From: Octopus vulgaris
Lineage: Eukaryota
Assembly: GCA_951406725.2 (NCBI GenBank)
Contig: OX597815.1
Span: forward strand, 198,834,001 to 198,898,000
DNA length: 64,000 nt
Reading direction: 5' to 3'
In this document: positions 13,502 to 28,278 of the stretch, piece by piece
Position numbering within the stretch: the first letter of the stretch is position 1
Layout of the letters: each line of letters begins with the position of its first letter
Notes under the pieces: model-generated
Databases searched by the model: none
Seen by the model: only the letters and a program-made list of their open reading frames with translations
What the model was told of the DNA's origin: nothing
Position numbers and translations under genes: made by a program

Positions 13502-14760
13502 TGATTACATGCCGTAAACTGCTGCGAGCCTCTGTGTTGTTAGATATTCCTCTGCCAACAACTTCCTAATTAATTACTAACGTTTATTTAGTATTTATCA
13601 CGTGGTCTTCGCTCATAAACAATAATGTGACGAACTAAATGCGTTACAGTATTTCGTTTAGATGTTTTGCATCGTAATTTCCAATAACACTAAGGTCAAT
13701 TGCATCTTCACCGTGTAATAGGTATGTCAGTATCGATTTTCGTATAAAAATTGGTCGTGTTCCTAGTTAACAGAAATCAATATTTATACGCTGTTTTTGA
13801 TATAACCGTAATGGACGTGTTAATTAAATCCCACACGAGTGAAGATTGATACACAGCTGTTAATATGCTACACATGCGTTTATACGCATATGTGTACGTG
13901 CTTGTGTAGTGCGTCCTTGTGTGTGTGTGTATGTGTTTGTGTGTGTACATGTGTGTGTTTAATGACTTAGTCAGGCGAAAGAGCAGCACTTATTACACTT
14001 TAAAGGCATCAGTGACAGGTGAGAAGAGGGGAAAGTTGTTCTCGTATCGTTGACCTGGAACGGATGTTTGCAATTGAGTGGACGCCATTAAAGGAACCCA
14101 AGTGTCAACAGTGTGTGTTAAATCGAATGAGAGATTACGTATACCACTCAAAGATAAGAGCGTTCCATCCGACAGGCGTCGAATAAATTCGATATACCAC
14201 ATTTCATTGACAAGGTTTTAATTGACCAGAGTTACTGCGCTAACGGTTCGAACTCAAAATCATCTCATGTAGCTGCGCAGCGAAATCTTTAACCACACAG
14301 CTACTTTGCTTTCACTTTTTGTTTAATTCCATGTCATATTTGATATAGAATATCTAAGGCCATACAACGGTCCATCTGTGACAATCCTGTCGACTTAGAT
14401 ATCAAAGAATACATTGTTCAATGCAGATGAAATGTGGTTTGTGATGGCGCAAGGAAAGACCATTAGATATGGTTAAATATTTCTATTAAAGAATGAAACT
14501 ATTTCTTCACTATTTTGACGTTGATCCCGTTTTTCTCGGTTGATTAGTCAGTGACATCTGATGAGTTTTTCCCATGTGCCATCAAACTTGAGGAGAATTC
14601 CACACAGCCATTTTTGCTAAATGATGTGACTACGCAGAGGCTTCCATACACATTTTTCGATTATGACTAACGCGAAATCACCGCAGGAGATTCTGAAAAA
14701 ATTTTAACTTTTAAAAAAAGAAAAAAGAAAGATAGAAAGAAGGAAAGAAAGGAAGATGGA

Positions 14761-14796
<36 letters not shown>

Positions 14797-14800
14797 AGGA

Positions 14801-14834
<34 letters not shown>

Positions 14835-15409
14835 ACTACTTTCGTATATTTTATCTAGATTTATCATTTAAACAATTATTATCTTTTAGTTGAATGTTAG
14901 AGAGTTCTATGATTTCTCATGAAATAACTTCTTGTATCACGGCAGCTTTATTCAACTCTTGCCCGAAAAGCTACAAATAGGAATCAACACAAAAAGCGGC
15001 AAAGAAATGTAGAGAGGAAACCGATCGCATTTTCTCTAGAAATGAACATACCCTTTTTCTTTGTCTTTTTCTTTTAATCCCTTTCCAGTTTAATTCAAAT
15101 TTTAACCACCCCCAAAACCGCTAGTAAGAATTAAAACCCAAAACACAAACGATGGAACGTGAAATGTATAGAGAAAACATTTGCGTGTTCTCGTACAAGT
15201 TAACTTCCACCAGCCCTCTTACTCGAGCAAAGAATGAAGCTAGAAGCTATTTGAAAATTAGGATTCGAGACAGCAAAGGTGGAAATAATAAACGATGAAT
15301 GTCGGAATAGTAAGAAGGGGGAAGATATATTATTCTGATTAGCTACTTCGGCATAAAGTGAGCTGTTGGAAATTAAAAACAAAATTTTAACTAGTAGGAA
15401 TGTCTTTGT

Positions 15410-15560
15410 CGTAAGTAGATTGCTTACGAACCACATAGTTCCGGGTTCAGTCCCACTACGTGGCACATTGGACAAGTGTCTTCTACTATAGCCTCAGGCC
15501 GACCTAAGCCTTGAGAGTGGATTTGGTAGACGGAAACTGAAAGAAGCCCGTCGTATATAT

Positions 15561-15616
<56 letters not shown>

Positions 15617-15835
15617 ATATATATATATGTATGTGTGTGTCTATGTTTGTCCCCCAACATCGCATGACAACCGATGCTGGTGTGTTTACGTCCCCCGTAA
15701 CTTAGCGGTTCAGCATAAGAGACCGATAGAATAAGTACTAGGTCTACAAAGAATAAGTCGTGGGGTCGATTTGCTCGACTAAAAGCGGTGCTCGAGTATG
15801 GCCACAGTCAAATGACTGAAACAAGTAAATGGGTA
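15410..15835 (+). mobile_element. SINE family 1 copy
   Basis: Same head, microsatellite and tail organisation. Confidence 0.9.
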
Positions 15836-16244
15836 AAAAAAAATAAAAGCGTATATATTCCGTCGGATTCGTTGACGAGCCGTCAGGTGTCCGACGATCC
15901 GAATTGGTACCCGTGAAATTAAAGTGTACGCAGTTAGGCAGTCAGAGACAGGGGTATTCTTAAAACAGTTCTAACGCTAGGGAGGTTCGTTACAAAGTAA
16001 CAAACACTGGAACATTGAATTACAATTAAAATCCAGAGATGACAGAAGACAGGCATAGAATAATCGATCCCAATTACAAGACGCTTAGGTACTTAATTCG
16101 GCAATGACCACTAAAGCCTAAAACGTAAAGCTGACTGCGACAGCGTTTGAACTCAGCATGCCGACATACGGAACTAATACAGCCTGGTAATCTATCCATC
16201 ACTGTAATGATTCTATTTTACCGACTTGGCTTAGTATGATACTT

Positions 16245-16640
16245 CTTTCTACCAACGGTACAAGGCCTGAAGCTTTGTGGGAGGTAGGTTGTCGATTACA
16301 CCGAGCCCAGTAATTAACTGGTACTTATTACATCGACCCCGAAAAGATGAAAAGCAAAGTTGGCCTTGGCGGAATTTGAACTCAGAACGTAACGGCAGAC
16401 GAAATACCTATTTATTTACTACCTACAAGGCGCTAAACACAGAGAGGACAAACAAGGAGAGACAAACGGATTAAGTCGATTATATCGACCCCAGTGTGTA
16501 ACTGGTACTTATTTAATCGACCCCGAAAGGATGAAAGGCAAAGTCGACCTCGGCGGAATTTGAACTCAGAATGTAGCGGCAGACGAAATACTGCTAAGCA
16601 TTTTGACCGGCGTGTTCACGATTTTTCCAGCTGGGCGTCG
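16245..16640 (-). mobile_element. SINE family 2 dimer: full tail-A copy joined to a truncated tail-B copy
   Basis: Junction gacgaaatacc|tatttat at 16408/16409. Confidence 0.85.
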
Positions 16641-16659
16641 TTTGCTTTAATATAATATT

Positions 16660-17325
16660 CTTTTCTACTATAGGCACAAAACCTGAAATGTTGTAGAAGG
16701 GGATAAGTTGAATACAATGCACTGGTGTTTCACTGTACTTAATTTATCGACCCCGAAAGGATGAAAGGCAAAGTCGACATCAGGCGGAATTTGAACTCAA
16801 AACGCAGCGACGGTCGAGAGAACGCGATGCATTTTGTCCAGTGTGCTATCGATACTACCAGCTCGCCAACATCTGTCTTAGTCTTTTTTACCCTAGACAC
16901 AAAGCCCGAAATTTTGGGGGAGGGGGTCAGTCGATTGATCCCAGTACGCAACTGGTACTTAATTTATCGAGCCTGAAAGGATGAAAGGGAAAGTCGACAT
17001 CAGGCGGAATTGAACTCAGACCTTAGCGACAGGCAAAATGCCGCCAATCATTTTGTCCAGCGTGCTAAAGATGCTACCAGATCACCAACATCTGGCTTAG
17101 TCTTTTCTACTCTAAGGCACAAAGCCCGAAATTTTGGGGGAGGGGGCCAGGCGATTAGTTTGAATCCAGTAAGCAACTGGTACTTAATTTATCGACCCCA
17201 CAAGGAGGAAAAGCAAGGTCGACATCGGCGGAATTTGAACTTAAAACGTAGCGACTGGCGAAAAACCGCGAAGTATTTCTTCCCGTGTGCTAACGATACT
17301 GCCAGATCGCCGCCATCTGTCTTAG
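16660..17325 (-). mobile_element. Three tandem SINE family 2 (tail B) copies, ~220 bp period
   Basis: Each unit is followed by catctg(t/g)cttagt (~16870, ~17090, ~17314). Confidence 0.85.
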
Positions 17326-18020
17326 TACAATATTAAAAATCATTTTATTTCTACAGAAACTATAAGTTATACTATTAAATACTATGATGTTGACTTCTCA
17401 GATATTGAAATTCGAACGTAGATTAATAACATTTTAAAATGATAATTAAATGATTATAATCGAGCATGTGTCGAACACTTTGCAACTCCACATACAGAAA
17501 ATAGACACTCACTTATTTAAGTAAATATATCATGAAGTGAGATGGAGAAAGAGGAATAAACGATCGGATCGAAGCACAAAATCTGACTGATTTTATAGCG
17601 CCATTGCGTGTAACAGGAAGTGAGGAGAGATTAAGTTTGGATATTTAGAGATTAAATTAAATAATTAAATAAGCAATTAATAGCGATTTCTAAATTAGTC
17701 GTAGGAGAGATTTTAGGAAGACATTGGTGATATCGCATTAGGAATATATATTCATTATGTAAGATGGCAGATGAAAAGCTACAACGCCCTCTCAGGATTT
17801 CAGCTAGTAATCATGGAAAATAAAATGGAATATTGCTGCATATTGGATTAATGGACACGCGAGGAATAGTTTCGGGATTTTGGAACGACGCAAATATGTG
17901 TGTGCATGTCTCTTTGTTTTTGTACGTGCATATGTAAGCATAAATGTAAGTGCGTATGTGCGTATGCCCATATATAGGAAAGACGCATTGTACATATCCA
18001 TGCACATATCCGTATATGTG

Positions 18021-18425
18021 GAGTGGCTGTGTGGTAAGAAGCTTGTCTACCAACCACATGGTTCCGGGTTCAGTCCCACTGCATGGCATCTTGGGTAAGT
18101 GTCTTCTGCTATAGTCTCGGGCCGACCAATGCCTTGTGAGTGGATTTGGCAGACGGAAACTGAAAGAAGCCTGTCGTATATATATGTATATATATCTATG
18201 TATGTGTGTGTATGTGTTTGTGTGTCTGTATTTGTCCCCCTAGCATTGCTTGACAACCGATGCTGGTGTGTTTACATCCCCGTCACTTAGCGGTTCGGCA
18301 AAAGAGACCGATAGAATAAGTACTGGGCTTACAAAGAATAATTCCCGGTGTAGATTTGCTCGACTAAATGTGGTGCTCCAGCATGGCCGCAGTCAAATGA
18401 CTGAAACAAATAAAAGAGTAAAGAG
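18021..18425 (+). mobile_element. SINE family 1 copy
   Basis: Full head-to-tail match to the family. Confidence 0.92.
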
Positions 18426-18767
18426 TATATATATATGTGTGTGTGTAGAAGTATACACATGTATGCAGGCTTGTATTTATGCATGTACATACGTATGTAC
18501 TTCATAGGCGTGTATATACAGATATGAATCCTTCTTCGGTCACTCCGTGTAATACTGATGTATTCTAACGCAGTAAGACTGGCTACATGTTTGTGCTGTC
18601 AGCAACTCAGATACCTACGCAAGGCAAGACTGATGCAGTTGCTACAAACCGAACAGAGTCTACGAAGGCCTGTCAAAAGGATAAATGAAAGCAGCATATG
18701 ATCTAGAACCATCTAACAAAATAGCATGAAGACAGTAATATACGAGAAAGAAAGAGAGGGGGATACA

Positions 18768-19075
18768 TATCACGTGACCACGTGACCGACCAGACCATCA
18801 GATGTAGCTACACATCGCTGGTCGCAATGCGTTCGCATTGTTTTAGCCTTTGAATGACGCCACCCCGCTGGCTAAGCGAGCAGGCCAACAGAAGGAAGAG
18901 TGGGAGAAAGAGTGGTGAAAGAGTACAGCAGGGATCACCACCCCCTGCAGGAGCCTCGTAGAGCTTTTAGGTGTTTTCGCTCAATAAACACTCACAACGC
19001 CCGGTCTGGAAATCGAAACCGCGATCCTACGACCGCGAGTCCGCTGCCCTAACCACTGGGCCATTGCGCCTCCAC
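18768..19075 (-). mobile_element. tRNA-derived SINE (family 4)
   Basis: Minus head ggaggcgcaatggcccagtggttagggcagcggac..ggtttcgatttcc (A and B boxes), tail (ggtcacgt)2. Confidence 0.85.
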
Positions 19076-19089
19076 ACACATATATATAT

Positions 19090-19152
<63 letters not shown>

Positions 19153-19199
19153 AATAATAATATAAATAATATATGAATGTATGCATATATACATACATA

Positions 19200-19500
19200 T
19201 ATGTACATACCTTCATCTATATGTCTATATACATGCGTATATGGGTACAGGACAAACTATTTTTCAAACAACGAAAAAACAGAGTACAAGACATACAACA
19301 CAAGGAATATTCCCCTTCTTCAGTTGTTCCTGTTTTGTCTACTCCGCGTTTTCGAAGGTAAGGACAAGACGCGACTTCGTTGAAACAGTCCTTCCCGCAA
19401 AGCAAATTAAATTAAATCTGGGATTTTTTTGCGGAGGGGTAAAAATGGTAACAAGAACAGGACAGTAAGAACAAATCAAGACAGTAAAAACAATACAAGT
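19200..19500 (+). mobile_element. Dispersed TA-adjacent repeat (second copy ~51380-51730, minus), possibly a PLE terminal repeat
   Basis: Shared gggtacaggaca..aatattccccttc..ctactccgcgtt..gtccttcccgcaaagcaaattaaa. Confidence 0.7.
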
Positions 19501-19793
19501 AAAAACAGTAAAAGACAGGACATGAATATGGTACATAAGTTGAGGCACCAGAATTTAGTACGGTATTATCCATTCAATTTCAAAGTAAGGTGATTAAAAT
19601 CAAAACAAGGTGATCCTTCTGTTCTAATTAAATTGAATTCTATGTCTTTGTGCAGCTGAAGATTGCTCTGGATTTTAAATTGATGTAATGATTGCATTGT
19701 TCAATTAAATGGAGTTGCATGAAACGATCATACTGCATTACTTCTGGATATCCTTGTTGCTTATTTTCATTATTATATATATATATATATTTA

Positions 19794-20047
19794 TTGGGTT
19801 GGTGCATAATTATTGCGGCTTTTTTACTACAAATTTTATTCAACAAAAACAGTAACATGTAACAAAAACATCTTTAGACGATTATACCGGAATATATTCA
19901 CCATCTACTTGAATTACTGCTTCGTATTTGCTTAGAAGACGGTCAGACCGTCACTTAAAGATGTTTTTGTTAAATATTGTTATTGTTTTTGCTGGATCAA
20001 ATTTGTTGCAAAAAAAAAAAAGCCGCAATAAGTATGCACCAACCCAA
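19794..20047. mobile_element. Mariner-derived MITE
   Basis: TIR ttgggttggtgcata(a/c)ttattgcggcttttt at both ends with TA flanks. Internal minus-strand remnant DRLLSKYEAVIQVDGEYI resembles a mariner C-terminus. Confidence 0.9.
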
Positions 20048-20409
20048 TATATATATATATATAGACAGAGAGAGAGAGAGAGATAGGGAGAGTGAACGAG
20101 CTTACAAACTGGGGTGTAATAACTACGGAGTCCTTCACAGCAAAACTGCATATAGGGGTGAAATTATAGCTTCTGGTCGTCTCAACCAATATCTGGTTTC
20201 CAAGACAGAAAAACTGTTTATTTAAAGAGAAACCCAGTTTTTAGCAAGATCCGACCAATTATTATAAATTCCTTTAAATATGGAAACGAACATATGGTGA
20301 GGCAATATCCTGTTTGGACAGAAGTCATACTTAATTATGTAATTCTGTTGGCTGCAAAGAAAACATCGTAATCCAACACAAGTTCACTTCCAATAAGAAC
20401 ACGCACATG

Positions 20410-20447
<38 letters not shown>

Positions 20448-20464
20448 CACACACCGTGACAAAG

Positions 20465-20615
20465 ACGTTTGCTTCCCAACCACATGGTTTCGGGTTCAGT
20501 CCCACTGCGTGGAACCTTGGACAAGTGTTCTCTACTATAACCTCAGTTATAGTAGCGACCAAAATCTCGCGATTGGGTTTGGTAGACGGAAACGGAAAGA
20601 AGCCCATCATACATT

Positions 20616-20652
<37 letters not shown>

Positions 20653-20850
20653 ATGCGTGTGTGTGCATGTGCGTGTGAGCGTTTTTGCTTGCTACCACCG
20701 CTCGACAACCGGTGCTGGTGTGTTTACATTCCCGTGATTTGACTTTAACAAAGAAGAAAAGGAGTACAGGATTCGATTAATTCGGCTAAAGCTTCACGCA
20801 ATGCCCCAGCATGGTCGCAGTCTAAGGACTAAAACAAGGAAAACCTAAAA
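20465..20850 (+). mobile_element. Degenerate SINE family 1 copy
   Basis: Recognisable head, (TG)n and tail. Confidence 0.8.
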
Positions 20851-21048
20851 GATATGTGTAAATGTTCTGATCTAGGCGTTCGGAAATTGATAGAATACTG
20901 GGCTGAAAGCATGATACTTCGTTCTCTAGAGTAGTGCTCTGCTACCTGTACTCCACGGTATTCTAATGAGTCACAAGACGATGCAAGGTGTGCCGCAGTG
21001 TAACCTGAATATAGTTTTTTTTCCCTATACTTTTAGTTATATTTTTAA

Positions 21049-21449
21049 CTAGCAGTATCGCCCGGCGTTGCTCGGGTTTGTAAGGGAAATAACTATATAA
21101 GCATTTTTAGAGAGTTATAGCCAAAAAATAGCAAAAAAATGCGTTAAAAATGGAAAACAAATGATGGTAAATTTTTTTTTTAAATCGTTGACTCATCGTA
21201 GACATTTTTAGAGAGCTACTTCCCTTATATAATAGTGAAAAAATGTATTAAAATGGAAAAAAAAATGATGGTAATTTTTTTTTTAAATCGTAGACTCATC
21301 GTAGACGCGCGCTAATACCCAGAAGGGCTCGATATGAATCACGACTATAAGATACCCGGTTTTGGTTAAACTGCAACGCAAAATGTGGGAGTAGTTAGGA
21401 ATCTAAATCGTAGGAGACAGACACACAACTTCTCTTTTATATATAAAGA
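21049..21449 (-). mobile_element. Non-autonomous Helitron
   Basis: Minus strand A|TC...cccgagcaacgccggg (hairpin)..CTAG|T, no TSD. The 3' end is shared with 55229-55600. Confidence 0.85.
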
Positions 21450-22487
21450 TTTAGGTGTGCCGCCAAATTTTTGATTTCATTTATTCATACTTTCAAAGGT
21501 GTGCTACACTTCATAAATATATAAAGTATATAAAGCGTATGTATGTGTGGGGTGGGAGTGGGGGTGCAAGCTATAGGGGGGGCGGTTGTGAGTGTGATCT
21601 CATGCTACATTTATACTTCCGTAGATAGAGGCATTTAAATATATATTTAATTCATTTCTACATTTTTAGGGGAATATATTCGAAATTATAAATATACGCA
21701 CAAATGCACACACACAGACATATATATATATAAATATATATATTATATATATACATATATATTTGTGTGTATACACATATATAGACACACACACACATAT
21801 ATATACTTATACACCCATAGATATATAGTTTTATCACACACGTTTCCATCTCAATGTTTCACTCATTTCACATACATTCACACATCACACTCACATACAG
21901 ATATCCACACAGACGTACACACACACACGTATATATGCACGTATGCCTAAAGATATAGGAATATATATATCTATATCTCTATCTATATCTATCAATCTAT
22001 ATATATATAAAGACATACACGCTTGCACACAGACATACTATATGGATATTTTTGAAACTTTTACACAACACTGTTTTTGAAATAATTCTAGAATAAACCC
22101 CATCTAGACATAACATTCAGGTTCAGATACTAAAATTATGTACATATATGGTTATTTCATATGAATCAAGTACATTTATTTTCGTAATAAATTTTTCTAT
22201 GTTTCCACTTTCAAAAGATCATAGATATATTTTTGATGTTAAAATACATTTAGTGAGGTTATTAAATTCGATATTAATGTACGAGACTCCGTCTGAATAG
22301 GGAGAGGGTGGGTGATTTCATGTGTTCAGTGAAAGGGAGGTTGCCTATGTGAGAGAAAAATATGTGCAGTTACTCATGTCTGATTCTCTTTCTGTTCCTT
22401 TATCGCCATCTACTCTCAACCTGCTTTAGGTAGACAAGTATCAAAATTTTTATCTAAACGTACGTGTAGTTTTTATCTTGTATGTGT

Positions 22488-22556
<69 letters not shown>

Positions 22557-22853
22557 TATATACATATATATATATACATTATATATACATTATATATATA
22601 TATATATATATAAGAAAGAGAGAGACGGACAGAGGGACAGACAGACGGAGCATGAGAGTGAGAGATGGAAGTTGTGTACATATATATGAAAGAATATATA
22701 GTATATATATATATATGTATATATGTGTGTGTGTTTGCGTATGAATGTATGAATGTACGTATGGATATAGGTATGTATGTGTGTGTTTGTGTATGTATAG
22801 ATGCCAAACATTTTCATGTATGTTATATATTTGAATATTCAATATATTCTATA

Positions 22854-22910
<57 letters not shown>

Positions 22911-22926
22911 TGTATATGTATGTGTG

Positions 22927-22965
<39 letters not shown>

Positions 22966-23106
22966 TTAATGATTCGTATAACAAAGCTGGGACTATAATT
23001 AAAGGGAAAAGAGTACTCAATATAGCTGAGTGGAATCATATATACATTCATATCTATACGCTCACACACACACACACAAATATACATAGATATACTTATA
23101 TAAGAA

Positions 23107-23164
23107 TGTATGTATGTATGTATGTATGTATGTATGTATGTATGTATGTATGTATGTATGTATG

Positions 23165-23195
<31 letters not shown>

Positions 23196-23245
23196 GTATG
23201 TATGTTTGTTTGCATGTATGTAAGTATGTATGTATGTATGTATGT
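23107..23245. repeat. (TATG)n microsatellite
   Basis: Direct reading. Confidence 0.97.
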
Positions 23246-23423
23246 ATATATGCATACGATCATCCCTGCACATAGACATATATATACACGTGTGATTTTA
23301 TGAGGGGGATGAAGAAACACAGGAAGAGAGAGAGATAGGCATCAAACCTCGGACGAAATCAGATAAATTCTTCCATAGGAATGTTGACAAATAAAAATAA
23401 ATAAATAATAACAAAAACCACGA

Positions 23424-23463
23424 CAACAACAACAACAACAACAACAATAATAGCAATAATAGC

Positions 23464-23504
<41 letters not shown>

Positions 23505-23530
23505 TGATGATGATAATAATGATAATAATG

Positions 23531-23618
<88 letters not shown>

Positions 23619-23679
23619 TAATAATAATAATGATAATAATAATAATAATAATAATAACAATAATAATAATAATAATAAC

Positions 23680-23714
<35 letters not shown>

Positions 23715-23736
23715 TAATGATAATAATAATAATAAC

Positions 23737-23798
<62 letters not shown>
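23424..23798. repeat. (AAC)n/(AAT)n microsatellite
   Basis: Direct reading. Confidence 0.98.
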
Positions 23799-23799
<1 letters not shown>

Positions 23800-24597
23800 T
23801 GTGCTAAACTGAAGTCGTAAAAGTGACTAGACCATTAAAAACATAGAGTTTCTTGTTAAGTGGCAGGCTGAAGCTGGGAGAGAGAATCTCTTTCGAACGT
23901 GAGAGAGCTTATGAGAGCATGGGTACTTTTTTATGTTTTCGCTATCTTCGTGAATTTCTTTCTGTTTTGTTCTGAAAGTATATAAAACATATTCAAAATG
24001 TTATGAAATAAATTGAAAAAAAATATATATGAATAAGTATAAGTAAATATAAAAAATATTCTACAAAAAAAAAAAAAAATTCTGCAGAATATAGATTATC
24101 CAAATCATCATAAAAGTTTGAATAAATTATACGATACATTTCTGTTCTCAGGTAATATATATTTATTCGTTTTCCTATTCTGTTCCATTCTATTCTCTCT
24201 CTCCCCCCTCTCTCTCTTCCATCTCTCTCTTTCTCTCTCCCTCTCTATATCTCTATTACTGAGGCCTGCTTTCATTGACACATTCTTATCTCGTAATTCT
24301 GCTTCGAATACTTTCTTTTAATAAATGCATATAAATATGTATATATATTCAGGAATGCATAGCATACCTTCAGAAATATATTATACACATGATTCTAAAC
24401 CATGTATAAATGCACACACACCTATGAATAAAAACTCATGTACATATATACGTAATGATATATAAGCATATATTATATATGTATACATACAGGTACATAT
24501 ACATATGTATATATGCAGATACATATATCTGTATGGATGCATACAAACATGTATACATTCATGCGCATATGTAACAGGCTTAGCGAGAAATAGATTA

Positions 24598-24627
<30 letters not shown>

Positions 24628-24628
<1 letters not shown>

Positions 24629-25045
24629 CTCTTTACTCTCTTTTACTCTTTTACGTGTTTCAGTCGTTTGACTGCGGCCATGCTGGAGCACCGCCTTTAA
24701 TCGAGCAACTCGACCCCGGAACTTATTCTTTTTGTAAGCCCAGTATTTATTCTATCGGTCTCTTTTGCCGAACCGCTAAGTAACGGGGACATAAACACAC
24801 CAGCATCGGTTGTCAAGCAATGCTAGGGGGACAAACACAGACACACAAACAAACACACATGCATATATATATACATATATACGACAGGCTTCTTTCAGTT
24901 TCTGTCTACCAAATCCACTCACAAGGCATTGGTCGGACCGGGGCTATAGCAGAAGACACTTGCCCAAGATGCCACGCAGTGGGACTGAACCCGGTACCAT
25001 GTGGTTGGTTAGCAAGATACTTACCACAGAGCCACTCCTGCGCCT
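24628..25045 (-). mobile_element. SINE family 1 copy
   Basis: Full match to the family. Confidence 0.92.
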
Positions 25046-25300
25046 ATATATACATATATGATATATATATATATATATATATACATACCCACACACATAT
25101 ATATGGATGTATGTATATATACCCGCATGTATATATATAATGTATATATATGTATGTATATATTTATATATTTGTGTGTAAAATTTTGTATAACGTTCCT
25201 AGATCACGTAAACGCCCGCACATATCGTTTGATAGGTGTATGGCTTATTTGAGTGTCTACTTATGCATATATTGTGCATATATATATATATATATATATA

Positions 25301-25360
<60 letters not shown>

Positions 25361-25800
25361 TAAAGCACAGCACATGTATATATACACACATATGGATATA
25401 CACTTATATATGTACATACTTACATACCACCATCATACACGTGGCAATGTAACCTGTTTACGAAAGCTCAGACAGAGAGTGACATCTATGAGGAACAAGT
25501 TGCATAATGCACGTATTGGAATTGAAGGGTGCAAGAAAAGAAGAAGAAAAAAAAAAAAGCAGTGCACGTTGATAAATCTAAGACAGGTAGAACGTATGGA
25601 AAACAGTGAATAGGAAGAAAGATGAAAATAGTGAGGATGGCGGTATGTGGGTGGGTGGGTGTGTTTTCAGCTTTTCTAAAATGTAATTACTCTAATACTG
25701 AAATATGGAAAAATCGATCACATATGTAAAAATGCTGAAAAAGCATTTTCTGCGTCATATAATAGAGACAGATACGCAAGCACGCATCTCTACAGGCACA

Positions 25801-25875
25801 TCTACCTGTCTGTCTATCTATCTATCTATCTGTCTGTCTGTCTGTCCGTCTATCGATCTGTCTGTCTATCTGTCT

Positions 25876-25937
<62 letters not shown>

Positions 25938-25948
25938 GCTTACTATCG

Positions 25949-25980
<32 letters not shown>

Positions 25981-26010
25981 CTTGATATCTATTTATCTAT
26001 CTATCTATCT

Positions 26011-26042
<32 letters not shown>

Positions 26043-26070
26043 ATCGATCTGTCTGTCTATCTGTCTATCG

Positions 26071-26110
<40 letters not shown>

Positions 26111-26121
26111 GCTTACTATCG

Positions 26122-26169
<48 letters not shown>

Positions 26170-26206
26170 GTCTATCTATTTATCTATCTATATATCTGTC
26201 TCTCTG

Positions 26207-26262
<56 letters not shown>

Positions 26263-26345
26263 CCTATCTGTCTATCTATCTATCTATCTATCTACCTGTC
26301 TATCTATCTATCTACCTGTCTATCTACCTGTCTATCTATCTATCT
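25801..26345. repeat. Compound (TCTA/TCTG/TA)n microsatellite with a higher-order duplication
   Basis: The block tctgtccgtctatcgatctg..(TA)n..ctgcttactatcgat occurs twice. Confidence 0.92.
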
Positions 26346-26554
26346 ACACACACAAACACACACACATACACATATGTATTTATCTGTCTGTCTCTCTCTC
26401 TGTCTATCTTCTGTCTCTCTATTTATCTCTCTATCTCTCCCTATCTCCATTTCTGTTTTCTCTATCTATATATATATTTATCTGTCTATATGTGTGTATG
26501 TGTGTGTGATTGCGTGCGTGTGTCTATATACAAATATGTGTATGTAGAAGTAAC

Positions 26555-26595
<41 letters not shown>

Positions 26596-26616
26596 TCATC
26601 TGTATCTGCTCGAATA

Positions 26617-26664
<48 letters not shown>

Positions 26665-27249
26665 AACTGGATGCCTTTACCTCTGTTCACCCACTTTGTT
26701 ACACGATATCTTATGCTTAATTAAGCATAAATGATCATTTCGTTTTATACCACTTCTACCGAATTCATCAATTTGGCAGCTCGAAGATATGCTGACGCAT
26801 ACAACCTCTCTACATCTCCGGTGTTTCACGCGCATGCGCATGCCTGTATATAAATATTCACTGATGCACAAGCACCAAATATATGGATATATTTGTGTGT
26901 ATATGCATGTGCGCGAGTATGTGCGTGTGTGCATGTGTATATGTGCGTGTGTGTGAGTATACATACATACATACATACATATGTTTTTAAATTTTTAATT
27001 GCCGAAGTTACAAAATTTTCTCTTTGACTAAAATCCTTACTGGTGGCACATATAGAACTTCCTTAAAACTTGAGAATTTATTTCTTATGTAAAATTAATG
27101 GCAATCCTTTCTAGAATGTTCGATTTGTAACTAATAATAGAAGGTGAAGATGTGTATTTTCAAATAACCGTCCCATTAATCAGAGTGGAAATTCTGTATA
27201 CTAAAATAGAAGCATGCATTCACATTCACGGAACCACCAATAGATGTGT

Positions 27250-27312
<63 letters not shown>

Positions 27313-27657
27313 TTAATGCAATTGAAACAATTGTTGAATTTTTAAGGTGAAATCTAAAATAAAGATATGATTTTCTTCGTATATATTATTACTTGCTAGA
27401 TACTCTGCATTTCTTAAAATTCGACAAAAGGATTTTGATATTTACTTCTCTTGGGAGATTTGTATTCGACTTACATCTACTGGTATGTAATTGTTGGAAT
27501 CTAGCCTTATTCCTTTATATTGAATTCTTACTTGATATCTGCCAGGGATATTCATGCTATGTTTTCTTTTATTTATATATATAAATTCGAAAAGATATAA
27601 CAACTTTCATCACATTAGTAGACATATCAAGACACCTGGGCATTTAACATATAAAAC

Positions 27658-27715
<58 letters not shown>

Positions 27716-28197
27716 AAACAACAGCAAATATACAATTAAACTTTTCAACAATATAATAAACTGTACGCTTTTACAATTTAAAGAATTTGACATTGTGTTT
27801 TATTTCTCAAAGGCCATGCCATTCAATTAAAAGCATACGGAGTTACTGAAAACTGCACCATAATCAAAAACAACGATATCTGTCGCACAACTAATCATTT
27901 ACCGTGCTGAAGTAGAGCAAAGGCTTTTCTATTAACTGCGAAACGCTTAGGCTTATACATTCGTGATATGAGTCACTCGCAAATTAAGTGATTTGAATTT
28001 CGGCATTTATCGAGATGATGGATTGAGAGGAAATATATATATATATATATATATATATGTGCAGACACCAATTAGAAACTTTGAAGAAAAACAAGCATGA
28101 ACAACTTGAAATAGTTTCATCTAAAATCTAATGTTAATGCAACCAAAATATACATATACGTGGGTACAAACATTGTTATATCTATATTCACAGAAAT

Positions 28198-28266
<69 letters not shown>

Positions 28267-28278
28267 AATATATATATA

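Noticed and set aside
19000-19075. Possible tRNA gene
   Set aside because: The A/B boxes continue into a SINE body, with no proper acceptor stem or terminator.
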